Below, piece after piece: positions 40,141-49,128 of a stretch of DNA of 64,000 nucleotides; positions within the stretch are counted from its first letter, which is position 1, and every line of letters begins with the position of its first letter. A program made the position numbers and the translations under genes. Under the pieces are notes generated by a model that was given only the letters and a program-made list of their open reading frames with translations, ran no database searches and had not been told where the DNA came from. Where the stretch lies: assembly GCA_032250835.1 (NCBI GenBank), contig JAVVEA010000009.1, positions 32,001 to 96,000 of the forward strand, in the 5' to 3' direction. This DNA is from a bacterium (GTDB taxonomy: Bacteria; SAR324; XYD2-FULL-50-16).

Positions 40141-40302
40141 TTACTTGGCCGAAGCCTCTTGCATCTTCTTTTCAACGTCTTCGATGGCCTTTTGGTCATG
40201 CTCGTTGAGGGGGCAACCGCAAGAGTAACCGGTTTCAGAAGAGTGCATGCGAGCCTGTTCGATGTGCCACTGGGCGACTTTTAAGTGCTGATCTACGTTC
40301 AT
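40141..40302 (-). CDS. Small 53-aa protein (absent from ORF track)
   Basis: MNVDQHLKVAQWHIEQARMHSSETGYSCGCPLNEHDQKAIEDVEKKMQEASAK; GAAGGA RBS; own promoter. Confidence 0.7.
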   Translation of the reverse strand: MNVDQHLKVAQWHIEQARMHSSETGYSCGCPLNEHDQKAIEDVEKKMQEASAK

Positions 40303-40360
40303 GGTCCTTCGAGGGAAAAAGCGTTTGTCCAGGGGACTAAATAAAGTTAAGAACAGAGTA

Positions 40361-40390
40361 AATATAAAAAACCCCGTGCCATTTTGTCAA
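40361..40390 (-). promoter_or_regulatory. Sigma70-like promoter for the small ORF
   Basis: Minus strand TTGACA-N18-TATATT. Confidence 0.6.
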
Positions 40391-40518
40391 CGACTTGCGC
40401 TAAAGAGTCCGGCCCTAGTTTAAATGCATGAAAATTCAATAAGCTTCAACCGAAATCTCTTGGAAGCCGCTTGCGGTTAGGTTATCTTGACCATAGTTCA
40501 ACCCCTTCTAGGATACCT

Positions 40519-41322
40519 ATGAACATTCAATTAAAATTCCTGTTTACCGCTGCCCTACTATTTTTTTTGGCCCCCGGTCTTTGGGCCCAGGAAATCGAAA
40601 CCCGCGAGGTGGTCTATAAAGCCGACGGTCAGTCTATGGTCGGCTATTTAGCCATGCCCAAAGGGGCGGCCAAGGGCACCCCGGCGGTTTTGGTGGTGCA
40701 TGAATGGTGGGGCCAGACCGACTACCCCCGCAAGCGCGCCGAGATGCTCGCCAAGTTGGGTTACATCGCCATGGCCGTAGACATGTTCGGCGACCGGCAG
40801 ATCACCGAACACCCCAAGGAGGCCGGGGCTTTTGCCAAGGCCGTTTTCTCTAGTGCCAAAAACGTGGCCACCCGCTTTGACGCCGCCTGGGCCGCTTTGG
40901 TGGCCAACAGCCCGGCGGTTCGCGAAAAGGTAGCGGCGATTGGCTATTGTTTCGGCGGTTCGGTGGTGCTCGAAATGGCCCGCCAGGGGGCCCCTTTGGT
41001 GGCCGTGGCCAGTTTCCACGGCGGCTTGATGACGCCCAGCAAGGCGCAAAAAGGCAAGGTGCCGGCGCGGATTTACGTAGCCAACGGCGCAGCGGACCCG
41101 ATGTCCAAGCCCGAGCAGATCGAGGAATTGCATCAGGAATTTGAAGCCGCCGAGGTGGACTTTAGGTTCGAGTCCTTTGAGGCCGCCAAACATGGCTTCA
41201 CCAACCCCCAGGCTAGCGTTTACGCTGAGAAGCTAAATTTCCCGGCCCTTGGGTATAACCAAGAGGCGGACCAAAAGAGCTGGGCGCACTTGAAAGGGTT
41301 TTTGAAGGAAAGTTTTAAGTAG
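40519..41322 (+). CDS. Dienelactone hydrolase family protein (exported)
   Basis: Signal peptide, VHEWWG, GYCFGG, HGFTNP. Confidence 0.92.
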   Translation: MNIQLKFLFTAALLFFLAPGLWAQEIETREVVYKADGQSMVGYLAMPKGAAKGTPAVLVVHEWWGQTDYPRKRAEMLAKLGYIAMAVDMFGDRQITEHPKEAGAFAKAVFSSAKNVATRFDAAWAALVANSPAVREKVAAIGYCFGGSVVLEMARQGAPLVAVASFHGGLMTPSKAQKGKVPARIYVANGAADPMSKPEQIEELHQEFEAAEVDFRFESFEAAKHGFTNPQASVYAEKLNFPALGYNQEADQKSWAHLKGFLKESFK

Positions 41323-41343
41323 AGAGACGCTTGATTTAGAATG

Positions 41344-41377
41344 AAGCTAGGCCAGTGCAGCTATTGGCCTAGCTTTC
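41344..41377 (+). terminator. Probable intrinsic terminator
   Basis: AAGCTAGGCCA/TGGCCTAGCTT perfect 11-bp stem shortly after the stop codon. Confidence 0.7.
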
Positions 41378-41477
41378 ACAAACACTAAAAGCGAAAGATA
41401 AGTGGGGGCCCAGGGGATAAACGCCAATTGGGAGCCTTGAGCCCACTATGCCGGTGCCTTTACGGAAATTAGAAAGG

Positions 41478-41835
41478 AAAAAAGTAAACGGGGTCCAGGG
41501 GCCAATGGCCCTTGGGAACTTGTGTCGGCTGCGCCGACGCCTTAGGCTGGGCAATACTCGCCAGCTCGCATTGCTACCCACGCATCCCTCGGCCTTCTGC
41601 CTCGAAGCTGCTTTGCGAAGCGCAGCCGCCGAGGGAGCAGAGCCCCTTCGATGGGGCGTTAAAGGCAAAGGTGCACCAAAAAAAGAGCCAGTTCTTAATA
41701 ATCCAGCGCCTTGCGAGATTTCCCCAGAACTTGGGCAGAGCAGGGAATTGGGATTCAAAGCAGCCCTAAAACCGCAGCTTCCCGCGCTGGATTCACCCCG
41801 ATAAGCGAGCGCAGCGACGCTTGAGGGCGTGAATC
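41478..41835. repeat. Composite structured non-coding element B
   Basis: Modules homologous to 21422-21540; inverted repeats AATCCAGCGC/GCGCTGGATT (41700/41784) and GATTCAC...GTGAATC (41790-41835). Confidence 0.7.
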
Positions 41836-41854
41836 GGCAATACGCCGGCATTTT

Positions 41855-41878
41855 AAAAAGGTTACTGTCCGCTGAATT
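41855..41878 (-). repeat. Dispersed motif, copy j
   Basis: Reverse complement AATTCAGCGGACAGTAACCTTTTT upstream of ORF 41934. Confidence 0.65.
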
Positions 41879-41933
41879 ATTCAGGTTCAATAGCTTCCAG
41901 TTTAAAAATATAATTCCAGCTTTCTAAAAAACG

Positions 41934-42965
41934 ATGAAAATCAAGTTTGATCTCTTTTATTGGATTCTCGACGCGCCTCAAAACTCTTTTTGGGCAAGAC
42001 CTTTACGAATATTACTGTTGGTCCTCTGTTACTTCTCTGCTGCCAATTCCGATCCTATGATCGGAAGCATTCAATCCTTTACCAGACAGCTTGGATTACA
42101 GCTAAAAGACGTTTTTTTGTTTCTAGTCTCAGCCCCATTCGTTGGAATTGTTTGGTATTGGCGTGATGTTGATCGCAAACGAGAAATTATTCATAAAGAG
42201 AAGGAACATAATTATAAATCATTGCATGATCAAAGAATTGCCAGAGAAATGGCTCAAGTGGAACTTGTTCGCTTGGTGGGCATGTTGGACTCAGACGAAA
42301 ATTTTTCCGCTTATGTGTTTTTGGAAAGGTATTTCAAAGGCAGTTACGGTGATGAACTAAAGATGGAGGCTCTTAAGCTAATTTCTGATCGCTTTGATCG
42401 ACTGACAAGAAAAATTTCCGAAGAAATCCAACCTAACGCTACGTTGTTTCAGGAGCGACTTAATGAATTAGCCACCCGCCATAGCGGGGAAAACTATAGC
42501 ATAGAAAAATCAACGTCAATTCAAGAGGTTGTGACTATTGCACTCCGAAATATGCCCACTTGGGCCCAGGAATTCAGATCGTCTAATTGGCTTTCTTTAG
42601 TATTGGATAGGTTCCCTCTATTGGCATTTTGCAGCGTTCACCAAAGCATTAGCATCGCGGTACTGGAGCAAATTGGTCTTTTTCAATATTGCGCCTTTAG
42701 TTCGATTACTCTTGAAACCGAAAAATCAGGGAGTATGTTCCTAGGTTGTACTTTTAAGAAAGTACATATCAAGGTTCGAACAGAAATTGATCTACATTTT
42801 ATGTCATGCGTCTTAGACGAGTGCATTATTTCAGGGCCTGATGACGAGCTGTATCAATTGAGGGCCCATATACACATATCTCACTCCACTTTGGTATCCA
42901 CCCAGATACAAGTTCGCTCGGAACTTATCGAAATAATTCCAGAAATCAGTTCTTGTTCAGATTAA
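41934..42965 (+). CDS. Hypothetical membrane-anchored protein with pentapeptide-like C-terminus
   Basis: Two N-terminal TM segments, coiled coil, FxxCxF/L periodicity near the C-terminus; AT-rich. Confidence 0.65.
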   Translation: MKIKFDLFYWILDAPQNSFWARPLRILLLVLCYFSAANSDPMIGSIQSFTRQLGLQLKDVFLFLVSAPFVGIVWYWRDVDRKREIIHKEKEHNYKSLHDQRIAREMAQVELVRLVGMLDSDENFSAYVFLERYFKGSYGDELKMEALKLISDRFDRLTRKISEEIQPNATLFQERLNELATRHSGENYSIEKSTSIQEVVTIALRNMPTWAQEFRSSNWLSLVLDRFPLLAFCSVHQSISIAVLEQIGLFQYCAFSSITLETEKSGSMFLGCTFKKVHIKVRTEIDLHFMSCVLDECIISGPDDELYQLRAHIHISHSTLVSTQIQVRSELIEIIPEISSCSD

Positions 42966-42973
42966 GTAAGCTT

Positions 42974-42998
42974 TAATCCGGTGGCAGTATACAAATTT
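42974..42998 (+). repeat. Dispersed 25-bp motif, copy k
   Basis: TAATCCGGTGGCAGTATACAAATTT, 8 bp after the stop of ORF 41934. Confidence 0.7.
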
Positions 42999-43107
42999 TA
43001 TTACTGCGCTGTGGAAGCAGATGGCAGACAACTTGTTAGCTCTTTCAGATTGCCATGCGCCCAGTCAAAGCATCTTAAACTTTATAGTTTCTTTTTCCCT
43101 TTTGTTA

Positions 43108-43145
43108 TTGCAATATATTGTATTTATATATATGGTATCAATATA
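43108..43145 (+). promoter_or_regulatory. higBA promoter with inverted-repeat operator
   Basis: TTGCAA-N17-TATGGT; TATATTG (43114) / CAATATA (43139) inverted repeat. Confidence 0.6.
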
Positions 43146-43156
43146 ACTAGGTAGCC

Positions 43157-43447
43157 ATGCGGATTATCACCAAAAAGAAAATTAGAGAGTTTACGGCGCT
43201 ACACTCTGATGCCGCATCCCCAGCTGAACGCTGGATCACCATTATCGAAAACTGTGAGGCCCAAACCTTTAATGAACTTCGCCAGACCTTTCCCACTGCG
43301 GACAAAGTCGAACGCAAGACCGTCTTTAATATTGGTGGTCTTGGAAAGGGTTATCGTTTGATCACCCGTATTGATTACTATGGGCAAAAGGTCTATATCC
43401 TGCGCACCCTCACCCACGACGAATATTTGAAAGGAGGCTGGAAATGA
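43157..43447 (+). CDS. higB: HigB family toxin
   Basis: MRIITKK, ELRQTFPTAD, VFNIGG...YRLI, LTHDEY. Confidence 0.92.
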   Translation: MRIITKKKIREFTALHSDAASPAERWITIIENCEAQTFNELRQTFPTADKVERKTVFNIGGLGKGYRLITRIDYYGQKVYILRTLTHDEYLKGGWK

Positions 43448-43851
43448 ACACTCCGTTGGAAATGGCCCTATCCCATTGGTCGGAGGTATCCCCTATTTTG
43501 ACCCCGCCTCACTCCGAAGAAGCCTATGATCGGACCGTTGAGGCTATGGAAGCCCTCCTTGAGATGGTCGATGATAACCCTGATCACCCTCTCTATGGGC
43601 TCTTGGATACCTTATCGCTCTTTGTAGAGACCTACGATCGGGAACATTATCAGCTACCCAAAGCCGCTCCTAATGAGGTGCTGGATTTCCTGATGAAAGA
43701 ACATAACATGACGCAGAAACAGCTTGAATCGCTGGGTTTCGACAAGCAAAGCAACATTTCAAATATTCTTAAAGGTAAGGTCCAGATGAACACCCGGCAT
43801 ATCAAAGTTGCCTGTGAGGTCTTCCATGTGGGCGCTGGAGCCTTTATCTAA
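43444..43851 (+). CDS. higA: HigA family antitoxin (HTH-XRE)
   Basis: EEAYD...LLDTL..FVETYDREH, LMKEHNMTQ, SNISNILKG. Confidence 0.92.
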   Translation: MNTPLEMALSHWSEVSPILTPPHSEEAYDRTVEAMEALLEMVDDNPDHPLYGLLDTLSLFVETYDREHYQLPKAAPNEVLDFLMKEHNMTQKQLESLGFDKQSNISNILKGKVQMNTRHIKVACEVFHVGAGAFI

Positions 43852-43982
43852 AGCTCGCCCAAGTCGGATAGCCTAGCCAATAATAACTACAAATCAATAA
43901 CCCTTGTATTTTTGCAGGCATCAGGTGAGAAAAAACCTTTTTTCACCGCCCCGCAGCGCCGCTAGCTTGAAGCCAGCCCGCC

Positions 43983-45524
43983 CTAATCCCGAATATCAAA
44001 CCGGGGGTCGTAGACGAAGGTGTTGTCGATGGTTTTGGAGGTGCCAAATTCTTTTTCACCGCCGAAGGTGTAGATGCGGTCGTTGAAGACGATGGAGGCG
44101 TGGGTGTCTAGCGCAAAGGGGAGGGAGTTTTTGCGGCTCCAGGTTTGGCTTTTGGGGTCGAAGACCTCTACAGCCGGTTCTCCGGCCCCGGCCCCGGTGC
44201 CGTGGCCGCCGATCACATAGATTTTGCCGCCCATTGCCACGGCGTCCAGGTAGTAACGCCCGGTGGGCATTGGCGGGGATTCTTCCCAATGGTCCGTGGC
44301 GGGGTCGTAGACTTCGAGTAACGATTCGGTGGTGTGGCCGCCGATCAAATAAATCTTGCCCTCAATACTCGCCGAGGTGTGGCGGTAGCGGGGGGTGTGT
44401 AGGTCTTCGCCTCTAGACCAAGTTTCGGTTTGGGGGTCAAAGATTTCGAGCCGCTGGGGCCCGCCTAAGCCCCCCATGACGTAGATTTTTCCGCCCACCA
44501 CTTCGGCGGTCAGGTTGTAGCGGGGCGTGGGCAGCTTGGGGGCGGTGTCCCACCGGTTGGCGGCGGGGTTGTAAACTTCGACGGAAGAAAGCCCATCGCG
44601 TTGCTCTTGGTTGTGCCCACCGAAAACGTAGATCGCGCCGTTGACGCTGACGGCGGCAAAGTGGTTGCGCGCCACCTTCATCGGGGCCAACTCGTTCCAA
44701 CTGTTCCGCTCTAAGTCGTAGGCAAAGACCCGGTTTGAATAGCTACCGTTCCAGCCGCCGATCAGATAGGCCTTATCCTTGATCCGCACCACCCGGTGCC
44801 CGGCAATATGGATCGGGATCGGAGCGCCTTCGTCGTACGGGGTGCCCACCTCGACCTGATGTTCCATGCTTTGCGCCAACTGCCCATCAAACACACTCAG
44901 GTTGAAGGCATAGGTGCCCTTAACGTCTGGGCGGAAGACAAAGCTTTTAGCTTCGGTGGAAATCGACGGGGTTTTGCTGCCGGAGGGCCGTTGGCTGAGT
45001 TCCCAGGAAAAGCCCTGGATGCCCTTGGTGGGGTCTTCGGGGTCTGCGTCTGGGTCGTGGCTGGCTGAGGCGTCTAGCTTGAGTGGGCGGCCTGGATTGG
45101 TGTACTGCGTCTCGCCTGGGTTGGGGACCGGGCGGTGGTTAGAGGCTTCTAAGGGGATGATCTTTTCGACAAAGTCGTTCTCGGCTAGGAAAACCTTAGA
45201 GTTTTCTAGCTGGAAGCCTTCCTTTTTGACCTTGATTTGGTAGTTGCCGCTGGGTAACAAGATTTCGTGGGGGCCCGTTCCCTTGGGGCCCTTAAGCTCA
45301 ATGGCATAGCCCTTGTCGCTGCTGATGAACTTACCCTTACTCTGGCCGTCTTCGCTTAAGACCTCAATCTGGCTGCCGGGAATCGGGAAACCCGCCTCGA
45401 CCACGCTGATCACCAAGGAACTGTTGCGGGTCATCTGGTCTAGTTGCACCGGGATCAACGGCCCGGCGGTAACCGAAACGGCCATGATCGCGTAAACTTG
45501 CATATCCCGACGAGATACAGACAC
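43983..45524 (-). CDS. Membrane-anchored protein with PEGA/carboxypeptidase-regulatory-like, PKD and Kelch-repeat domains
   Basis: LDASASHDPD PKD motif; six Kelch repeats (IY..GG...VEVYDP...W). Confidence 0.85.
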   Translation of the reverse strand: MSVSRRDMQVYAIMAVSVTAGPLIPVQLDQMTRNSSLVISVVEAGFPIPGSQIEVLSEDGQSKGKFISSDKGYAIELKGPKGTGPHEILLPSGNYQIKVKKEGFQLENSKVFLAENDFVEKIIPLEASNHRPVPNPGETQYTNPGRPLKLDASASHDPDADPEDPTKGIQGFSWELSQRPSGSKTPSISTEAKSFVFRPDVKGTYAFNLSVFDGQLAQSMEHQVEVGTPYDEGAPIPIHIAGHRVVRIKDKAYLIGGWNGSYSNRVFAYDLERNSWNELAPMKVARNHFAAVSVNGAIYVFGGHNQEQRDGLSSVEVYNPAANRWDTAPKLPTPRYNLTAEVVGGKIYVMGGLGGPQRLEIFDPQTETWSRGEDLHTPRYRHTSASIEGKIYLIGGHTTESLLEVYDPATDHWEESPPMPTGRYYLDAVAMGGKIYVIGGHGTGAGAGEPAVEVFDPKSQTWSRKNSLPFALDTHASIVFNDRIYTFGGEKEFGTSKTIDNTFVYDPRFDIRD

Positions 45525-45533
45525 ATCGCCTCG

Positions 45534-48500
45534 TTACATCTCAGGTTCTTCGCGGAAGTCAGCCGAAGAAATCTTGTGTTTCTTAAAGGCCGCCACCAAC
45601 GCTTCCCAAACCTTTCCGTGGATCACCCGCCTGCGCCCATAGTCCCCAATGGCATAGACACAAACATAGGTCGCCGACCAGTGGGTGTAGTTATCAAAAC
45701 GCACCAGCGGCTCGGGCTCTTTGAGCACTTCTTCAACCGACTTCATCGCATCGGTACAAACCTTCACTACCTGGTAATAATCCTCGGCCTTTTCGATGTT
45801 GATCTCGAACAGGATCTCCATGATCCGGTTGGGCGAGGTAAAATTTTGGAAGTTGGTTTCTGAGATGCTGTTGTTGGGGATGATGATCATGGCCCCGTCG
45901 CGGGTCTGGATCTTGACGGTGCGCCAGTTGATCTCCATCACACGGCCCTCTTCGATATCCCCGACCTGTACCCAGTCACCGATCTTCAGGCTCTTTTCTA
46001 AGTTCAACACCAAACCGGCAAAGATGTTGCTGATGTTCATCTGCACCGCCATACCGATGATCATCACGAAAATACCCGAGGTGCCCAGAATGCTGGTCAC
46101 CGTCTCGCCATAGACAAAGGCTAAGATACCAAAGACCGACAAGGAGATGATCACCGCCGCAAAGAAGACCCGCGCAAAACGGGGGATGTCGCGGCCCGTC
46201 GAAATTTCCAGTTCCCGCCAAACAAAGTTTTCCACCGCCCGGATGAACAGCAGGGTGGGCACAAACCACCAGAGAATATCAAAGACCTGCCGGGTCAGGG
46301 CCAGCTTTTCTATCTCCGCGCTTTGGAAGAAGTAGTCGGTGCTGAGGATTTCTAAGTTATAAACCAGCGCCATCACCGCCAAGGCTTTGATCGCCCAGGT
46401 CCAAAAGCCGGGGCGGAACTCGCGGGGGCGCTCTACCTCGACCTCCGTTTCACCGTAGTCGTGGGCATAAAAGAAGCCGGTTTTTGGCCGCGCCGACTGG
46501 GTCACTTTGACCCGTTCGGTGGGGCCTAAGAGGCGCATGGTGATCGGCTTAAGCCATAGCGGCAAGACCAAGCGGCGCTCAAAAGCCAGGGCCAACAAGA
46601 AGAACAGCGGGGCCAAAATCAAGGCCATCTTGGGCGAAACCCCATTGCGGATCACCGAATGTTCCGCTTTGAGGCTCAAGCCCGCATAATACGAAGAAAA
46701 GGAAACCTGCTTGGAGGTTTCGTGGATATACTTCAGGTTGCCTTGGATGGGCAGTTCTAAAACGGTCTGGTAACTCCAAAAGTTTTCGGCTAGCCAGCCG
46801 GTAGAGCGTTTGTATTCGATCCGCTCGTTGCGCTCTGGCGGGCCTGAAAGCCGCGCCCCGCCGATCACGTCGGGCACAAAGATCAGGTTGGCCCGGTCTA
46901 GCTTCAGGTGGCTGAAACAGACCCCTACATTGTGGTGCTCTGGGGATTGGGGGGTGACAAAGTCTTCTTTAAACTTCCCTTCTACTTCATAACGCCGGTA
47001 TATCTGGTTGCCATAGCTCACCTCTTCGACGGGCATGCGCAGCTTGATGGGCTCAACGGCGTTGCAAAACTCAATGTCGCGCACGTCGATCCCGCGCCGG
47101 TAGCGGAACCAGAGGTCAAAGTTTAATTTATAGGTTCCGGCGGCTTCGTCCAATTCGCTGATTTCACCGAGGTCCACCCCGGTGTAGACGATATAGGTGC
47201 GGTGGAACAACGCCTCGTCCACCTTGGCCAATAGCCCCGCTTGGATACGCTCGTCGAGGCCGTTGATCCGCTTGGGGTCTCCGGCGGCTTTCATCTGCAA
47301 AGGGGCGGAAATCAAGCGGTTGTGCCGGTATTGGCCCATGGTCAGCGGCTTTTCCATGTCCCCCTGCGCATCAAAAAAATTGATGCCCGTCACCCCTACA
47401 AAAGACTGGTTTAGGTGGGAAAAGGCAGCCAACTGGTCACGCAGTTTGATCCGCTGGGCTTTGATGTCCCCTTCGCCTAGCTGGGCCATTTGAGCCGCTT
47501 GGGTCAGCAGCAGGGCGGCGTCAAAGGCATAGGCAGCGCGCCAACCAGGCGCATGGCCAAACTTTTCTTGGTAATCCTGGGCAAATTTCTGGGCCCGCTG
47601 GCTCGCCGAATCAAAGAGCAGCGGCGCGGCGGTGTAGATGCCGTCGGTATAATAGCCGGGATGTTGCAGTTCCTTGGGCGACGAGGCAAAGGCCTGAACA
47701 AAGTCATCCTGCGCCGCCGCGTCGGGCAGCAAGACCTGGAAGCTCAAATCATTGTCGCGCAGGTAATGCAGGATCTTGGTGACCTCTTTATTGTGCCCTG
47801 CGATAAACAAGAGGGTGCCTTCCCCTTGATCCCCCAACTTGCCGCCTAGTTCGCTGAGTTGCTGGTTCAAGGAGGCTTCATCGGTGGAGTATTCCAGCGC
47901 CAAGGCCACTTCCATACCCATTGCCTTGGCTTCTAATTGAAACTTTTCGGCTAAAAACTGGCCGTAGGGTTGGTCTTCGTAGAGCACCGTCACCCGCTCC
48001 ATATTCAGCATCACCTTGGCATATTGGGCCAAAAAACGGCCCTGATAGGCATCGGAGAAGATATTTCGGAAGTACCAAGGGTTGTCCTTGGTGACCTGAT
48101 TATTGGTCGAGGTGGGCGTGATCGCCGGGATTTGGAGCTCTTGGTAGATCGGACCGGCGGCCAATGAAACAGAGCTAAAGTTGTGGCCTACCACCCCTAA
48201 AATATTGGGGCTCTGGGCAATCTGCCGCGCCAATTGGACCGCCTTCTGGGCGTCGTTTTCGTCGTCAAAGGTCTGTAGCTCTAACCGGTAGCCATGCTCT
48301 GAACTCTCGGCGTTATACTGGTCGGCAAAAACCTGGGCGGCTTTATAAAAGGCATCGCCCGCCGCTCCTTCCTTCATAGGCCCAACCACCGCGAGGTGCA
48401 GGGTTTTAGTGGCCCCCAAATCGGCAGCACTCAAGTCAAAGGCCTGCAAAGGCGCAACTAGGCTAAACAACCAACATAAGCCTAGGGCCCAAGGGCTAAG

Positions 48501-48536
48501 AGAGGTCAGCAGGTTGCGTTTAAAATTCCGATTCAT
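45534..48536 (-). CDS. LivJ-type substrate-binding domain fused to a ligand-gated-channel-like beta domain and MscS
   Basis: AVVGP, VVGHNFSS, AAYAFDA; VYTGVDLGEISELD...FDLWFRY; ISNIFAGL...IGDWV...GRVMEINWRTVKI. Confidence 0.85.
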   Translation of the reverse strand: MNRNFKRNLLTSLSPWALGLCWLFSLVAPLQAFDLSAADLGATKTLHLAVVGPMKEGAAGDAFYKAAQVFADQYNAESSEHGYRLELQTFDDENDAQKAVQLARQIAQSPNILGVVGHNFSSVSLAAGPIYQELQIPAITPTSTNNQVTKDNPWYFRNIFSDAYQGRFLAQYAKVMLNMERVTVLYEDQPYGQFLAEKFQLEAKAMGMEVALALEYSTDEASLNQQLSELGGKLGDQGEGTLLFIAGHNKEVTKILHYLRDNDLSFQVLLPDAAAQDDFVQAFASSPKELQHPGYYTDGIYTAAPLLFDSASQRAQKFAQDYQEKFGHAPGWRAAYAFDAALLLTQAAQMAQLGEGDIKAQRIKLRDQLAAFSHLNQSFVGVTGINFFDAQGDMEKPLTMGQYRHNRLISAPLQMKAAGDPKRINGLDERIQAGLLAKVDEALFHRTYIVYTGVDLGEISELDEAAGTYKLNFDLWFRYRRGIDVRDIEFCNAVEPIKLRMPVEEVSYGNQIYRRYEVEGKFKEDFVTPQSPEHHNVGVCFSHLKLDRANLIFVPDVIGGARLSGPPERNERIEYKRSTGWLAENFWSYQTVLELPIQGNLKYIHETSKQVSFSSYYAGLSLKAEHSVIRNGVSPKMALILAPLFFLLALAFERRLVLPLWLKPITMRLLGPTERVKVTQSARPKTGFFYAHDYGETEVEVERPREFRPGFWTWAIKALAVMALVYNLEILSTDYFFQSAEIEKLALTRQVFDILWWFVPTLLFIRAVENFVWRELEISTGRDIPRFARVFFAAVIISLSVFGILAFVYGETVTSILGTSGIFVMIIGMAVQMNISNIFAGLVLNLEKSLKIGDWVQVGDIEEGRVMEINWRTVKIQTRDGAMIIIPNNSISETNFQNFTSPNRIMEILFEINIEKAEDYYQVVKVCTDAMKSVEEVLKEPEPLVRFDNYTHWSATYVCVYAIGDYGRRRVIHGKVWEALVAAFKKHKISSADFREEPEM

Positions 48537-49128
48537 GAAGCCAAGGGGGTTGCAATCGTCCGGTTCCAGTTTTGGGGCGTTCCTAAGCGGGTCTATTCTC
48601 CTGAGTATAGGGCTATTTCCAGGGAAGCTGTCAATTTGGGCATAGCCCTTAGGCAAGGGGCTTAAGCCAGAACTTGCGCCGCCTGAGCGGTGGGCTGCAC
48701 CGCCTTGGGCGCTTGTACCAGAGCTAAGTGCCCTAAAGAGGCCCCAACTTTGTGTTCAGGCTATCTTTAGACCAAAGGGGGCTTTTGGGGCCCCAACCGG
48801 AATCAGAAGGCATAATCGTGAGGCTGCGTCAGGGCCTTGACCCTCTAGCCTAATTTGATCAACTCATTGAAATAAAATAATTAACATAAACAACAAGGCC
48901 ACAATCCCCTTGGATGGCTCGGACAACTTTTGTCGTTTTACCTAGGTGGTTAGACTTAGGGGAAATTACAAAAAATAAAGGGGTATTTTTTTGGGTAATG
49001 GGCCCTTGTGGGCCTGTGTAAAGTAATTTTGCCCTTTTGCAGCATGGCAAAATGAAAAAAACCATGATAAGCTTCCAGATAGAAATGCCATCGGCAGGCC
49101 TGTGGCGAAAATCCTGGAGCGCTACGCA

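Noticed and set aside
39888-40199. Ribosomal protein L34-like ORF (MTKRPSKTLKRR...)
   Set aside because: Only a superficially basic N-terminus; it lacks the HGF motif and is an alternative frame of the better-supported 53-aa ORF.
41369-41890. ORFs 41369-41890, 41448-41804 and 41512-41769
   Set aside because: Overlapping ORFs on both strands of a structured repeat; likely spurious.
41855-43040. Integron attC sites around ORF 41934
   Set aside because: A GTTAGC is present at ~43035 but there is no matching RYYYAAC or paired L boxes; the flanks are better explained by the 25-bp motif.
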